DNA from: an uncultured Acidobacteriota bacterium
GTDB taxonomy: Bacteria; Acidobacteriota; Blastocatellia; RBC074
Assembly (NCBI GenBank): GCA_963796275.1
Contig: CAWCKY010000007.1
Span: forward strand, 736,001 to 800,000
DNA: 64,000 bases
Direction: 5' to 3'
The translations under genes and the position numbers were made by a program. Positions within the stretch are counted from its first letter, which is position 1. Each line of letters starts with the position of its first letter. Below the pieces are notes generated by a model. It was not told the origin of the DNA. It saw nothing but the letters and a program-made list of their open reading frames with translations, and ran no database searches. Shown one piece after another: positions 9,389 to 19,489 of the stretch.

Positions 9389-10684
9389 TGCTCAATCTCC
9401 TTGCCAAATGCCTACCTTGCCATTACTGGCGGTTTATTGCTCGAGGCGATTGCTCAAGCTGTTCTACCTATCACTTCTTTATCGCTACTCCGTACCGAAG
9501 CGATGATAGCGGTATTCAATGAACCACCTGTCGAGAACCAGTAATATGTCCGGAAATCGTATCCAACTGATTTACTCCCGGACAAGATCATTATACTCAT
9601 GGTGCGGTTAATATGCTCCATCTTTCTAATTAATCTTTCCTTACAGCCTCCCGTTTCAATGCGTTCGAAACTATTTGATTCGGTTACTATTTACGCCATA
9701 GCGTAGTTGATTGGTTTTTACTCAGTATTAGTTGTTTTAAATGCGTTCGCAGGCCACGTGCACAGCCGATGAGGGTTACCGTTCAGGATGGCGGACAAGT
9801 GACTTGTCGAGCCACAAGTGGTTATCTGGAAGAATGGCGTGAAGCAGCGTAATAGGTAATTAGAGGGATGAGGGAGGTATTCGCGGAGTTTGGCGGCGAT
9901 TGACGCTTGTTCCGCGCTCGTGTTTAGGATGATCTTTAAATGAGCAGTGGAGTTTGGCCGCGCGGTCCGGGACATCGATGCAGTGGTTGGGGGATGCCTG
10001 GCCCGAGATATAAGGCGCGAGATGCGTTCACAGAGGGATCCATCGGCAGTTTAGTTATAACCTGTGCTGTTTTGGTCGTCTATTTATCACATTGCCGGGG
10101 CGAAGCCTCGTCGACACTCAAATTTAACGGTGATTTGCCGCAGTTGCCAAGATCACCGCTGATCTTTTTCCATTCTATTGATCTTCAGATAATCAGCTTT
10201 TCACAAACGTAGGCGTTGATCCCAAACTCTGTCGCCCATTTTCATGAGCTCCAAACTATATCACGAGCATACCCAGAGCTTCGCTTTGTGCACGCCTGAT
10301 ACGACCTGATGCACCTATAATCTGGATGCCGGCATGAGTCTTAAATTGAATATGAAAAATAATTCACCTCGTCTTAATAACTTAACTCAATTGAGAATTG
10401 AGTATCGAGGTAGGGCGGGACTGGATTATAATCCGGGTACTGAAGACAGGCGTCAGGAGTCGGTATTCGAGAGATACAACAAGAGGCAACAAGAGAAAAA
10501 TACAAGAGAAAATATTGGATAAAAGATGTGGAGGCCGGCCTAGAGCTGAACTTGGTGCAGGTGAATTCTTGTTCTGACTTTTGTTTTTTGACTTCTGTAA
10601 TAATTTATATTTGCAAAGTGTCCTATGGGATTGTATCAGTTTAGAAAGATTATGAATTATCGGGATATGAAAGGAAGAAGATCG

Positions 10685-11983
10685 ATGAAGCACAACCGCT
10701 TATTTATCTTACTGCTTGCTTTGACATTGACGCCGTTCGGGATCGCAGCGCTGGCGACGACTACCCCGATCGACCCGATTGCCCCGACTGCCCCGACTGC
10801 CCCGACTGTTGAATGGCCGCAGTGGCGAGGGCCGCAACGCAATGGACTTTCGAGCGACAAAGGGCTTCTGAAGCAATGGCCTGAATCGGGACCATCGAAG
10901 GTCTGGTCGATCTCGAACTTGGGCGAAGGATTCGGTTCGCTAGCCGTGGTGGGCGAACGCATATACGTGCAAGGTACGAGCGGATCGGCGAGTACGCTCT
11001 TCTGTTTGAATCGCGCTGATGGCAAGACGATCTGGACAACTTCGCTCGGGCCGAAAGTAGATGAGGGGCGCGGGAACGGTCCGCGTTCGACTCCGACAGT
11101 CGATGGTGACCGCGTCTACGTTCTGACGGAGAATGGCGATCTGGCATGTCTGCGGACGCGCGATGCGTCCCGCCTCTGGAGCAAGAATATCCTGAAGGAG
11201 TTCGGCGGACAAAATCCGGGATGGCTCATCAGTGAATCTCCGCTGGTTGACGGAGACCACCTGATCGTCACGCCGGGGGGGAGCGGAGCCGGTATCGTCG
11301 CGCTCGATAAAATGTCCGGCAAGACGGTCTGGACCACCAAAGAATTGAGCGATCAGGCTGGTTATGCTTCCTGCATAGCGGCGGAGATCGGCGGGGTCCG
11401 TACGATCATGAATTTCACCTCGAGATCAGCAGTGGGTGTGCGCGCCAGCGATGGAAAGCTGATGTGGCGTTATAACAACGCGGCGAATGGAACGGCAAAT
11501 TGCGCGACGCCAGTCTTCGCAGACAACAAAGTATTTTTCACGTCAGACTACGGGACGGGCTCGGGATTGCTAGGCCTGAGCGCGCAAAATGGCGAAGTGA
11601 AGGCGCAGGAGCTATATTTCACCAAGGATATGCGGAACCACCACGGCGGAGTCGTGCTCGTAAACGGCTATCTCTATGGTTTCTCCGGCAGCACAGGTCT
11701 CACGTGTATAGAATTTGCTACCGGTAAGAAGATGTGGGCCAATCGCAGCGTCGGTAAGGGTTCGCTGTCGTATGCCGATGGAATGCTCTACCTGCTCGGG
11801 GAAAAACATATCGTCGGCCTGGCGGAAGCAACGCCGAAAGGATACGTCGAGCGTGGGCGGTTCTCGATCGAGGATCAGGGGAAAGATAGCTGGGCGCATC
11901 CGGTGGTGATAGGCGGCAAACTTTATATCCGCGATCAATCCAACCTGACGTGTTATGACGTGAAATCATCGGTTACCCCTTGA
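10685..11983 (+). CDS. Exported PQQ-binding-like beta-propeller protein
   Basis: Signal peptide from ATG 10685; WPQWRGPQRNG, GPRSTPTVDG, repeated G-K-x-x-W blades and WAHPVV. Confidence 0.88.
   Translation: MKHNRLFILLLALTLTPFGIAALATTTPIDPIAPTAPTAPTVEWPQWRGPQRNGLSSDKGLLKQWPESGPSKVWSISNLGEGFGSLAVVGERIYVQGTSGSASTLFCLNRADGKTIWTTSLGPKVDEGRGNGPRSTPTVDGDRVYVLTENGDLACLRTRDASRLWSKNILKEFGGQNPGWLISESPLVDGDHLIVTPGGSGAGIVALDKMSGKTVWTTKELSDQAGYASCIAAEIGGVRTIMNFTSRSAVGVRASDGKLMWRYNNAANGTANCATPVFADNKVFFTSDYGTGSGLLGLSAQNGEVKAQELYFTKDMRNHHGGVVLVNGYLYGFSGSTGLTCIEFATGKKMWANRSVGKGSLSYADGMLYLLGEKHIVGLAEATPKGYVERGRFSIEDQGKDSWAHPVVIGGKLYIRDQSNLTCYDVKSSVTP
10763..10807 (+). repeat. In-frame 9-bp tandem repeat (GCCCCGA(C/T)T) encoding TPIDPIAPTAPTAPT
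   Basis: accccgatc gacccgatt gccccgact gccccgact gccccgact. Confidence 0.8.
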
Positions 11984-11994
11984 TTACAGATATG

Positions 11995-12057
11995 GAAGAA
12001 AGGGCCGGGAGCGGGCGGGGCCTGATATTCCGTTAATTTTCCCGCTCCCTTTCTTTC
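11995..12057. terminator. Probable bidirectional terminator hairpin between convergent genes
   Basis: gggagcggg (12007-12015) pairs with cccgctccc (12041-12049); A-rich and T-rich flanks. Confidence 0.55.
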
Positions 12058-12510
12058 TCACTTCGCCGCAATCGCCTGCATCTCGAAATGAGCCCCGCGC
12101 AGTAATGGCCCCGATCCGATGAATGCACGTGCGGGAAAGTCTTTACTGAAATAGGTCCGATAAACGCCATTGAATTTGTCGTAGAGGGCGAGATCGGGAC
12201 AGTAGATAGTGACAGTGACGATGTTATCCATTGTCATCCCCGCCTGGGCGAGCGTCGCTTTGAAACTGTCGAGCATAAATCGGATCTCCTGTTCGACATC
12301 ATCCGGAATCTTATTGGTTTTTGGATCAGTGCCCAATCTTCCGGCGAGGTAGAGCGTATTGCCTGCCATCACGCCATCGCTGAATGGTAACTTGGGGTCC
12401 TTGGATGGCAGATTGATGTAACGCCGCCCGGGACCCTGACTATAGGTTATTGCTCCGCCGATTATCATTCCTATCAGCATGCCGATAACGATCATATATG
12501 GTTTTTTCAT
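12058..12510 (-). CDS. RidA/YjgF family protein with N-terminal signal or TM segment
   Basis: PFSDGVMAGNTLYLAG, FNGVYRTYF...FPARA and FEMQAIA motifs; likely start MKKPY at 12510. Confidence 0.88.
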   Translation of the reverse strand: MKKPYMIVIGMLIGMIIGGAITYSQGPGRRYINLPSKDPKLPFSDGVMAGNTLYLAGRLGTDPKTNKIPDDVEQEIRFMLDSFKATLAQAGMTMDNIVTVTIYCPDLALYDKFNGVYRTYFSKDFPARAFIGSGPLLRGAHFEMQAIAAK

Positions 12511-12802
12511 ATTGGCTCTCTCCCTGTTAATTTGCCGATGAACCGGTTGATTACTGCGCATAACAGATGATGACGGTGTAGAAAGCCGGATTACAGCACG
12601 AAACGGGCTATATGTACACGTGATGTGGTGTATGTTGATGCATGTGATCGGAACAGCCTAAACCTTTGAATATCCGTGTACTATTCCGCGGTCATGTCGT
12701 AAGCTTCGAGATGAAAGTGGAAAGCGCGGCAGTGGGCGATATTGTCGTCACGGTTTATGCGAACGAGCAACTGCCGGCCGATTTTCAGAGGGGACTTGAA
12801 CG

Positions 12803-14371
12803 ATGGCATTTGATCTTTTGGCATATATGAATATCGATCATACGGCAGAGCCGCTGCGCGAAGATGAGGCAGCGTTCGTTGCTCAATATCTGAGCGACGC
12901 GACCGGACAGCAGATATACCGGTCGTCTATCTCGGCCGCCGGGCGCGCGCTCTTCTTCCTGATGCGCGGAGACGGTCGCAAATCGCTGGGGCTGCTCGCC
13001 GCCGATGAAACACTGCTTAATCGATTCGAAGGTAAGGCTTCGGATTTCCAGTTGAGTGATCAACTGATGAAGCTGAAATTATGCGAGACCACGGCTGCCA
13101 ATGCTGACGCGCTGCGATCTATCTTCGCATTCCTTGTTCCGCAGACACTGGGGCTGAAAAAGTCTGCCGGTTGTGGTGACCGTTTGGGATTGGCGACGCC
13201 CGGGCATATCCGCGCGATTCGCCATTCGTCTATGGCTCCGATTCTTGCGCAACAATCGATCCGGGAGAATTCGCGCACAGGCCGAACGCCGCAAGAGGTG
13301 ATGGATGATGCGCTGTGGGGAATTTTTCAGGAGGGATGGCGGGGCGGTTTCGGAGCCGACGCCGATCATTTGAAGACGACGGATGATATCGATTCCTGCG
13401 CGGCTGCCGGCTTCACCTTTTATACGATCGATCCGGGCGAGCAGGTCGACAATGAGGCCGATAGAGCTTCGGTCGATGTCTTGAGAGCCAAGATCGAAAC
13501 GCTCCCGTGGGCCGATCTTGAAACGACCTGGCACGACACGCAGGCGCGCTTGGGGCGGCCCGTCGACCTAGGCGATTTCAAGGTGACGATCGACCAGGAA
13601 GAGTTGTTACGGGCTGCCGCCAAATACGGCCGCGTCGTCGCGCACACGGTGAAAATGTATCGCCATCTCGAGCAGGTCGCGCAAGGCAAACCTTTCGAGC
13701 TGGAGATGAGTGTTGACGAAACGGAGACGGTGACGACGCTGGCGGAGCATATCTATATCGCGTACGAATTGAGGCGGCTCGGCGTCAAGTGGGTGAGCCT
13801 GGCGCCGCGTTACGTAGGCACGTTCGAAAAAGGCGTTGATTACATTGGCGACCCGGCGGAGTTCGAGAAGTCTTTCGCGCAGCATCTCGCCGTCTCGCAG
13901 GCTTTCGGGCCTTACAAACTCAGTCTTCACTCGGGTTCCGATAAGTTCAGCGTATATCCGATCGCCTCACGCGTGGCGGGCGATCTTGTGCATCTGAAGA
14001 CTGCGGGCACCAGCTACCTCGAGGCCCTGCGCGCGATCGGAAAAGTCGATCCCGCGCTTTTCCGCGAGATCGCCGGATTTGCCCGAGAACGTTATCCGAT
14101 CGATCGCGCGAGCTATCACGTATCGGCTGAAGTGAGCAAAATGCCGAACCCGTCGTCCCTCGCTGACGAACGATTGATCGACCTGCTGGATGATTTCCAT
14201 GCGCGTGAAATCTTACACGTTACCTTCGGCTCGGTATTACATCACCGCAGATTGCGCGAGCCGTTCTTCTCCACACTGCGATCGAATGAAGAGGTCTACT
14301 TTGAAATGCTCGAGCGGCATTTCGGACGTCACTTCGCGCCCTTTGGGGAGGTTGCAGCAATCGGCGGTTGA
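12803..14371 (+). CDS. uxaE: Tagaturonate/fructuronate epimerase family protein
   Basis: GCGDRLGLATPGH, AQQSIRE, GADADHLK, SVDET, FEKGVDY, SLHSGSDKF, HLKTAGTSYLEAL and LHVTFGSVL motifs. Confidence 0.9.
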   Translation: MAFDLLAYMNIDHTAEPLREDEAAFVAQYLSDATGQQIYRSSISAAGRALFFLMRGDGRKSLGLLAADETLLNRFEGKASDFQLSDQLMKLKLCETTAANADALRSIFAFLVPQTLGLKKSAGCGDRLGLATPGHIRAIRHSSMAPILAQQSIRENSRTGRTPQEVMDDALWGIFQEGWRGGFGADADHLKTTDDIDSCAAAGFTFYTIDPGEQVDNEADRASVDVLRAKIETLPWADLETTWHDTQARLGRPVDLGDFKVTIDQEELLRAAAKYGRVVAHTVKMYRHLEQVAQGKPFELEMSVDETETVTTLAEHIYIAYELRRLGVKWVSLAPRYVGTFEKGVDYIGDPAEFEKSFAQHLAVSQAFGPYKLSLHSGSDKFSVYPIASRVAGDLVHLKTAGTSYLEALRAIGKVDPALFREIAGFARERYPIDRASYHVSAEVSKMPNPSSLADERLIDLLDDFHAREILHVTFGSVLHHRRLREPFFSTLRSNEEVYFEMLERHFGRHFAPFGEVAAIGG

Positions 14372-14392
14372 AAGAGAATACTGAACCAACTA

Positions 14393-15223
14393 ATGAACCA
14401 TAATGAACTGATCAAACTGTATGATTTTAGCGGCCGTGCGATTGTAATCACGGGCGGCACGGGGGTTTTATGCAGCACAATGGCGAGCGCTCTGGTGGGG
14501 TGCGGCGCAAATGTCGCCATCGTCGCCCGAACTCCCGCGAAGGGAGAAGCTCTCCTCTCGCAATTGTCCGGCCCCGGACGCGCCATTATAGTTGAGGGCG
14601 ACGTTCTCAAGCAGGATATGCTTGAGAAGGTCGCGAGCAGGGTGGTAGCTGAATTCGGTCAAATCGACGGACTGGTCAACGGCGCCGGCGGCAACAATCC
14701 GCAAGCGACTACGCGGCCCGATCTGACCTTCTTCAATCTGCCGGAAGAAGCGCTGCGTTATGTTTTCGACGTGAATCTACTCGGCACTATTCTGCCCTGT
14801 CAGGTCTTCGGCCGGCAGATGGCGAATCAGGGTGAAGGCGTGATTTTGAATATCTCATCGATGAGTGCCATCAGACCGCTCACCAGGGTTATCGGCTACT
14901 CCGCTGCCAAAGCGGGGGTGAACAATTTCACGCAATGGCTGGCCGTTTATCTTTCACAACTGTACTCTCCGCGCATCCGCGTCAACGCTCTCGCTCCGGG
15001 ATTCTTCGTGAGCGAGCAGAACCGAAAGATGCTGATCGACGAGAGTACCGGTGAATTGACGCAGCGCGGCCATAGCATCATCACGCACACGCCTATGGGG
15101 CGCTTCGGTCAACCTGAAGATTTGCTCGGCGCCGCACTTTGGCTGCTATCGCCCGCGGCAGCATTCGTGACGGGGATCGTGGTGCCAGTCGATGGCGGTT
15201 TCTCTGCGTACGGCGGCGTTTGA
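14393..15223 (+). CDS. SDR oxidoreductase, probable fructuronate reductase / D-mannonate oxidoreductase (UxuB-type)
   Basis: TGGTGVL, NGAGGN, SSMSAIRPLTRVIGYSAAK and RVNALAPGFF motifs; follows uxaE. Confidence 0.82.
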   Translation: MNHNELIKLYDFSGRAIVITGGTGVLCSTMASALVGCGANVAIVARTPAKGEALLSQLSGPGRAIIVEGDVLKQDMLEKVASRVVAEFGQIDGLVNGAGGNNPQATTRPDLTFFNLPEEALRYVFDVNLLGTILPCQVFGRQMANQGEGVILNISSMSAIRPLTRVIGYSAAKAGVNNFTQWLAVYLSQLYSPRIRVNALAPGFFVSEQNRKMLIDESTGELTQRGHSIITHTPMGRFGQPEDLLGAALWLLSPAAAFVTGIVVPVDGGFSAYGGV

Positions 15224-15313
15224 GATAGAAGGCGATACGTTCTTCTGATCGTCAACCATCATTGGTGCTTCAGGATAAAACTAATTACACCAAACAATTT
15301 CTACAGCTTTTCA

Positions 15314-16585
15314 ATGCTTATCGGCAAAGGATATCAAGATCAATATTTAACAGAATCCGAGATACGCGAATTGATGGCCTCGGCTCTATCGCGGGCCAGT
15401 CTCGACGGCAAACGGGTAATCATCATAATCCCTGACGGGACGCGTACCGCGCCGATTCCCCAGATGTTTCGCCTCTTCCACGACATTCTGGGCAGTCACG
15501 TCGCAAATCTCGATTTTCTCATTGCCCTGGGTACGCATCAGATGATGAGTGAAGCGGCAATTAATAAGCACATTGGCGTAACAGCGGAAGAGCGCGAGAC
15601 GAAATACGCGAAAGTGAAAATCTTCAACCATCGCTGGGACCTGCCCGGCACGATGGTCGATCTGGGCGAGATATCCGCCGAGGAGACCTCTGCACTGAGC
15701 GATGGCTTGTTGAAAGAATCGGTCAAGGTCCGCGTGAACAGGATGATCTTCGATTACGATCAGATAATCGTCTGCGGTCCAACCTTTCCGCACGAGGTCG
15801 TCGGCTTCTCCGGCGGGAATAAATATTTTTTCCCGGGAATCAGCGGTGCCGAGGTTATCAACTATTCGCACTGGCTGGGGGCGGTGATCACTAGCTTCGA
15901 GCTGATCGGGACGAAACACACGCCTGTGCGCCGCGTAATCGATCGAGCTGCATCTTTCATAGATAAGCCCAAACTGTGTTTCAGTATGGTCGTCAAAGGC
16001 GAATCGCTGGCGGGCCTATACATCGGCACGCCGGAGGAGGCCTGGGAGGCGGCGAGCGACCTGTCATCGCAGCTCCACGTCCTCTGGGTCGAAAAGCCAT
16101 TTCGGCGCGTACTGTCGGTAATGCCGAAGCTTTACGCCGATATCTGGACCGCATCGAAGGGAATGTACAAACTCGAGCCCGCTATTGAAGATGGCGGTGA
16201 AGTGATCGTCTATGCGCCGCACATCCAAGAGATCAGCTACTCGCACGGAAGCGTCATCGATGAGATCGGTTATCACGTGCGCGATTATTTCGTAAAACAA
16301 TGGGAAAAGTACAAATCTTATCCGTGGGGCGTCATCGCGCATAGTACGCATCTGAAAGGCATCGGCTCATACGATGCCGGCAGAGGCATCGAGACGCCGC
16401 GTATAAAAGTTACGCTGGCGACGAGAATCCCCGAGGAGCGATGCCGCAAGGTAAACCTGGGTTATCTCGACCCCGACTCGATCAATCTCGAAGGGTGGAA
16501 GGGCAGGGAAGATGAAGGTATATTGTTAGTGCCGAAGGCGGGTGAGATGCTATATCGTGTGAAGCCGAAAGCGGCAGTGGCTTGA
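15314..16585 (+). CDS. Lactate racemase (LarA) superfamily nickel-pincer racemase/epimerase
   Basis: PDGTRT, IALGTH and PHEVVGFSGGNKYFFPG motifs. Confidence 0.82.
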   Translation: MLIGKGYQDQYLTESEIRELMASALSRASLDGKRVIIIIPDGTRTAPIPQMFRLFHDILGSHVANLDFLIALGTHQMMSEAAINKHIGVTAEERETKYAKVKIFNHRWDLPGTMVDLGEISAEETSALSDGLLKESVKVRVNRMIFDYDQIIVCGPTFPHEVVGFSGGNKYFFPGISGAEVINYSHWLGAVITSFELIGTKHTPVRRVIDRAASFIDKPKLCFSMVVKGESLAGLYIGTPEEAWEAASDLSSQLHVLWVEKPFRRVLSVMPKLYADIWTASKGMYKLEPAIEDGGEVIVYAPHIQEISYSHGSVIDEIGYHVRDYFVKQWEKYKSYPWGVIAHSTHLKGIGSYDAGRGIETPRIKVTLATRIPEERCRKVNLGYLDPDSINLEGWKGREDEGILLVPKAGEMLYRVKPKAAVA

Positions 16586-16599
16586 TTTAGAAGCGGGAA

Positions 16600-16683
16600 T
16601 ACAAACCGAACGAAAAATAACGAAACATACGCAAAAATCCGGTCTGTTCGTATATTTCGTTGTTCTTCATTATTTCGTATTCC
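16600..16683. repeat. Degenerate inverted 9-mer repeat hairpin (ACGAAA.../...TTTCGT)
   Basis: aacgaaaaataacgaaacatacg...ttcgtatatttcgttgttcttcattatttcgtatt. Confidence 0.55.
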
Positions 16684-16719
16684 ATCTCTTCTGCAATCTG
16701 GAAATTCAAGGGAATCGAG

Positions 16720-18864
16720 ATGCTAGTTGATGAAGATTTAACGCGATCGCCGAAGAGGGTCATTCGTGGGGCATGTCCGCACGATTGTCCAGACACCTGC
16801 GCCCTGGTCGTCACCGTCGAAAACGGGCAGGCGGTCAAGGTCGAAGGCGCGGAGGATCATCCGACGACCAACGGATTTCTCTGTAACAAAGTAAACCGCT
16901 ATCTGGAACGCACCTACAGCCCGCAGCGCGTCCTCTATCCGATGAAACGCGTCGGCCAAAAGGGCAAAGGGATATTCGCGCGCATCTCTTGGGACGAAGC
17001 CATCGATATCGTCTCCACGAAGTTCAAAGAGATCGCCGCCGACGATCCACAGGCGATCCTGCCATACAGCTATGCCGGTACGATGGGTCTGGTTCAGGGC
17101 GAGTCGATGGATCGCCGCTTCTTTCACAAAATCGGAGCATCTCTACTCGATCGGACTATCTGCGCGAGCGCGGGTGGGGCGGGTTACCGGGCGACTATCG
17201 GTTTGAGCATGGGGACCGATCCCGAACGTTTCGGCGATGCGAAGCTGATAATCATCTGGGGCTCGAACCCTATCACATCCAACGTTCACCTATGGCCGAA
17301 AATTCTCGAAGCGAGGCGCAAAGGCGCCAAGGTCATCGCGATAGATCCCTATCGCAGTTTGAGCGCGGAGAAGTGCGATGAACACATCGCGCTGCTCCCG
17401 GGCACCGACGGCGCGCTGGCGCTGGCGATGATGCACGTTATCATCAAAGAAGGTCTGATCGATCTCGATTATGTCGAACGTTATGCGCTGGGTTACCAAC
17501 TGCTGCGCGAGCGTGTGCTTGAGTATCCCCCATCTCGGGTCGCTGCGATTACCGGGTTGGGCGAGGAAGCCATCGTCAGGCTTGCGCGCGAGTATGCGAC
17601 GACGAAGCCCGCGGTCATCCGCTTGAACTATGGGATGCAGCGTCACGCCGGCGGTGGGATGGCCGTGCGCACGGTTACGTGCCTGCCCGCGCTGATCGGG
17701 TCATGGCGCGATCCGGCGGGCGGCGTCCTGCTCTCGACCTCGGGTACTTTTGCAATTAATACGAATGCGCTGCAGCGGCCCGACCTCATCTGGAACAACC
17801 CGCGTACGATCAATATGTCTGCGATCGGCGATGCACTTTTAGGTTATCAGCGTACGGTTCAACACCGCGTTCAAAATGGCCGCGATGAAGTCGAACAAAC
17901 CCTGAGCCCGCTCGATCCGCCTGTCCGTGCTATCTACGTTTACAATTCGAACCCGGTGGCTGTAGCGCCCGATTCACGGAAAGTCATCGCGGGATTCAAA
18001 CGCGAAGATCTCTTTACAGTAGTCCACGAAATATTTCAGACCGACACGGCGGATTACGCCGATATCCTGCTGCCGGCGACCACGCAGCTCGAACAATTCG
18101 ACATTCACAAAGCATACGGCCACCTCTATCTGCTGGTGAACAATCCGGCCATCGAGCCGATCGGCGAAGCCAAACCGAACAGCCAGGTCTTTCGGCTGCT
18201 GGCCGAACGCATTGGCTTCACCGACGATTGTTTCAAAGAGAATGACGAAGAGATCGCGCGCCAGGCCATCGCTTACGATCACCCGCGGATGCAGGGAATC
18301 GATTTTGATGAGCTGAAAGAGAGAGGCTGGGTGCGCTTGAACGTCCCGGAAAGTTTTGCGCCTTTCGCCGAAGGGAACTTCCCGACCCCCTCGGGTAAGT
18401 GCGAATTCTTCAGCGAGACCTTGGCGCAACAGGGGATCGATCCTTTGCCAACCTTTATACCACCCAGAGAATCGGCGCAGACCGCGCCTGAGCTGGCGGG
18501 CAAGTATCCGCTGGCGATCATCTCACCGCCTGCTCACAGCTTTCTCAATTCCAGCTTCGCGAATCTGCCGAGTTTCGTAAAGGCGGAGAAGGAGCCTTTC
18601 CTGGATATTCATCCAGTAGACGCCGCGCCGCGCGCGATAAGGGACGGCGACCGGGTGCGCGTCTTCAATGATAGAGGCGAATTCAGAGTCAAAGCTCGAG
18701 TGACGGAGAAGGCGCGGCCGGGTGTGGTGGTCGCTCTTTCTATCTGGTGGAAGAAGATGACGAGTGATGGGTGCAACGCGAATGACGTGACATCGCAGGC
18801 GCTGACGGACCTGGGCGCGGCTGCGACGTTTTACGATGCGTTGGTGGAGGTGGATAGAGTTTAG
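16720..18864 (+). CDS. Molybdopterin (bis-MGD) oxidoreductase family protein, YoaE-like
   Basis: N-terminal Fe-S motif CPHDCPDTC...GFLC.K, plus WGSNP, TDTADYADILLPATT, TPSGKCEF and a C-terminal molydop-binding domain; no Tat signal. Confidence 0.88.
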   Translation: MLVDEDLTRSPKRVIRGACPHDCPDTCALVVTVENGQAVKVEGAEDHPTTNGFLCNKVNRYLERTYSPQRVLYPMKRVGQKGKGIFARISWDEAIDIVSTKFKEIAADDPQAILPYSYAGTMGLVQGESMDRRFFHKIGASLLDRTICASAGGAGYRATIGLSMGTDPERFGDAKLIIIWGSNPITSNVHLWPKILEARRKGAKVIAIDPYRSLSAEKCDEHIALLPGTDGALALAMMHVIIKEGLIDLDYVERYALGYQLLRERVLEYPPSRVAAITGLGEEAIVRLAREYATTKPAVIRLNYGMQRHAGGGMAVRTVTCLPALIGSWRDPAGGVLLSTSGTFAINTNALQRPDLIWNNPRTINMSAIGDALLGYQRTVQHRVQNGRDEVEQTLSPLDPPVRAIYVYNSNPVAVAPDSRKVIAGFKREDLFTVVHEIFQTDTADYADILLPATTQLEQFDIHKAYGHLYLLVNNPAIEPIGEAKPNSQVFRLLAERIGFTDDCFKENDEEIARQAIAYDHPRMQGIDFDELKERGWVRLNVPESFAPFAEGNFPTPSGKCEFFSETLAQQGIDPLPTFIPPRESAQTAPELAGKYPLAIISPPAHSFLNSSFANLPSFVKAEKEPFLDIHPVDAAPRAIRDGDRVRVFNDRGEFRVKARVTEKARPGVVVALSIWWKKMTSDGCNANDVTSQALTDLGAAATFYDALVEVDRV

Positions 18865-18920
18865 AATCTGTCATTTGAAATTGCATCAGACGAAATATTT
18901 CCCTCAGCCGATCGTCCTCT

Positions 18921-19175
18921 TCATCTTTTTTGTGGCAGGCGCAACATAGTTTTCTGCCAATCTTCCTCTTTCTCTTTTTTCAATATCCCTTCTTGCTCCA
19001 ACTTGCTCACCAGTTCATTGAATTGTTGCGCAAGCCCAAAGGCAACCTTATTCAAATTCTCGATTTGAGTATTCATTCGCAATTGATCGTCTCTGAGAGA
19101 ACCGAGTTCTGCCATCACTTCTTCGTGCCTTTCCATAAGAAAGAGCATCAGCTTATCGCGTTCGTCGTTGCTCAT
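18921..19175 (-). CDS. Small hypothetical coiled-coil protein
   Basis: 84 aa with heptad-like L/E/K/Q pattern; AGGAG SD upstream. Confidence 0.65.
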   Translation of the reverse strand: MSNDERDKLMLFLMERHEEVMAELGSLRDDQLRMNTQIENLNKVAFGLAQQFNELVSKLEQEGILKKEKEEDWQKTMLRLPQKR

Positions 19176-19217
19176 TTTAATAACTCCTTAACACGTCATT
19201 ATACACGTGATGTACAT

Positions 19218-19265
19218 TGGCATATATCTTGCAAAAGTTTCTCACATCGGGCAGCAAGAGTGCCA
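19218..19265. promoter_or_regulatory. Two candidate sigma-54 (-24/-12) promoters on opposite strands
   Basis: Plus strand TGGCAT-ATATC-TTGCA at 19218-19233; minus strand TGGCAC-TCTTG-CTGC at 19265-19251. Confidence 0.4.
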
Positions 19266-19413
19266 AATCGCCGGATTATTGGCTGGTTTGTCACTTAAGG
19301 AGACAGTACAAGGTGTCAGTGGTCTCTCAATGTGAGACAGAGATGATAAATAATATTGCAGAGCTTGAGGCCTGCCGAAAGGTTTTATGATTGTGTGTCT
19401 GCTCGGGGATACA

Positions 19414-19450
19414 CAAAAAGCGCGCGCGGGGAAAGGTCCATCCGCGCTTG
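19414..19450 (-). terminator. Probable terminator downstream of ispG
   Basis: Minus strand aagcgcgga...ccgcgcgcgc followed by T5. Confidence 0.55.
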
Positions 19451-19489
19451 TCACGGATCGTGGGACGTGGCCGGAAACAAGCCAATCAC

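Noticed and set aside
10685-11983. True BamB or a PQQ dehydrogenase
   Set aside because: No lipobox and no recognisable quinoprotein active-site features; only the generic propeller family is supported.
12615-19213. Shared 12-mer TACACGTGATGT at 12615 and 19202 as an operator
   Set aside because: About one such match is expected by chance across several kb of intergenic DNA, and there is no third copy.
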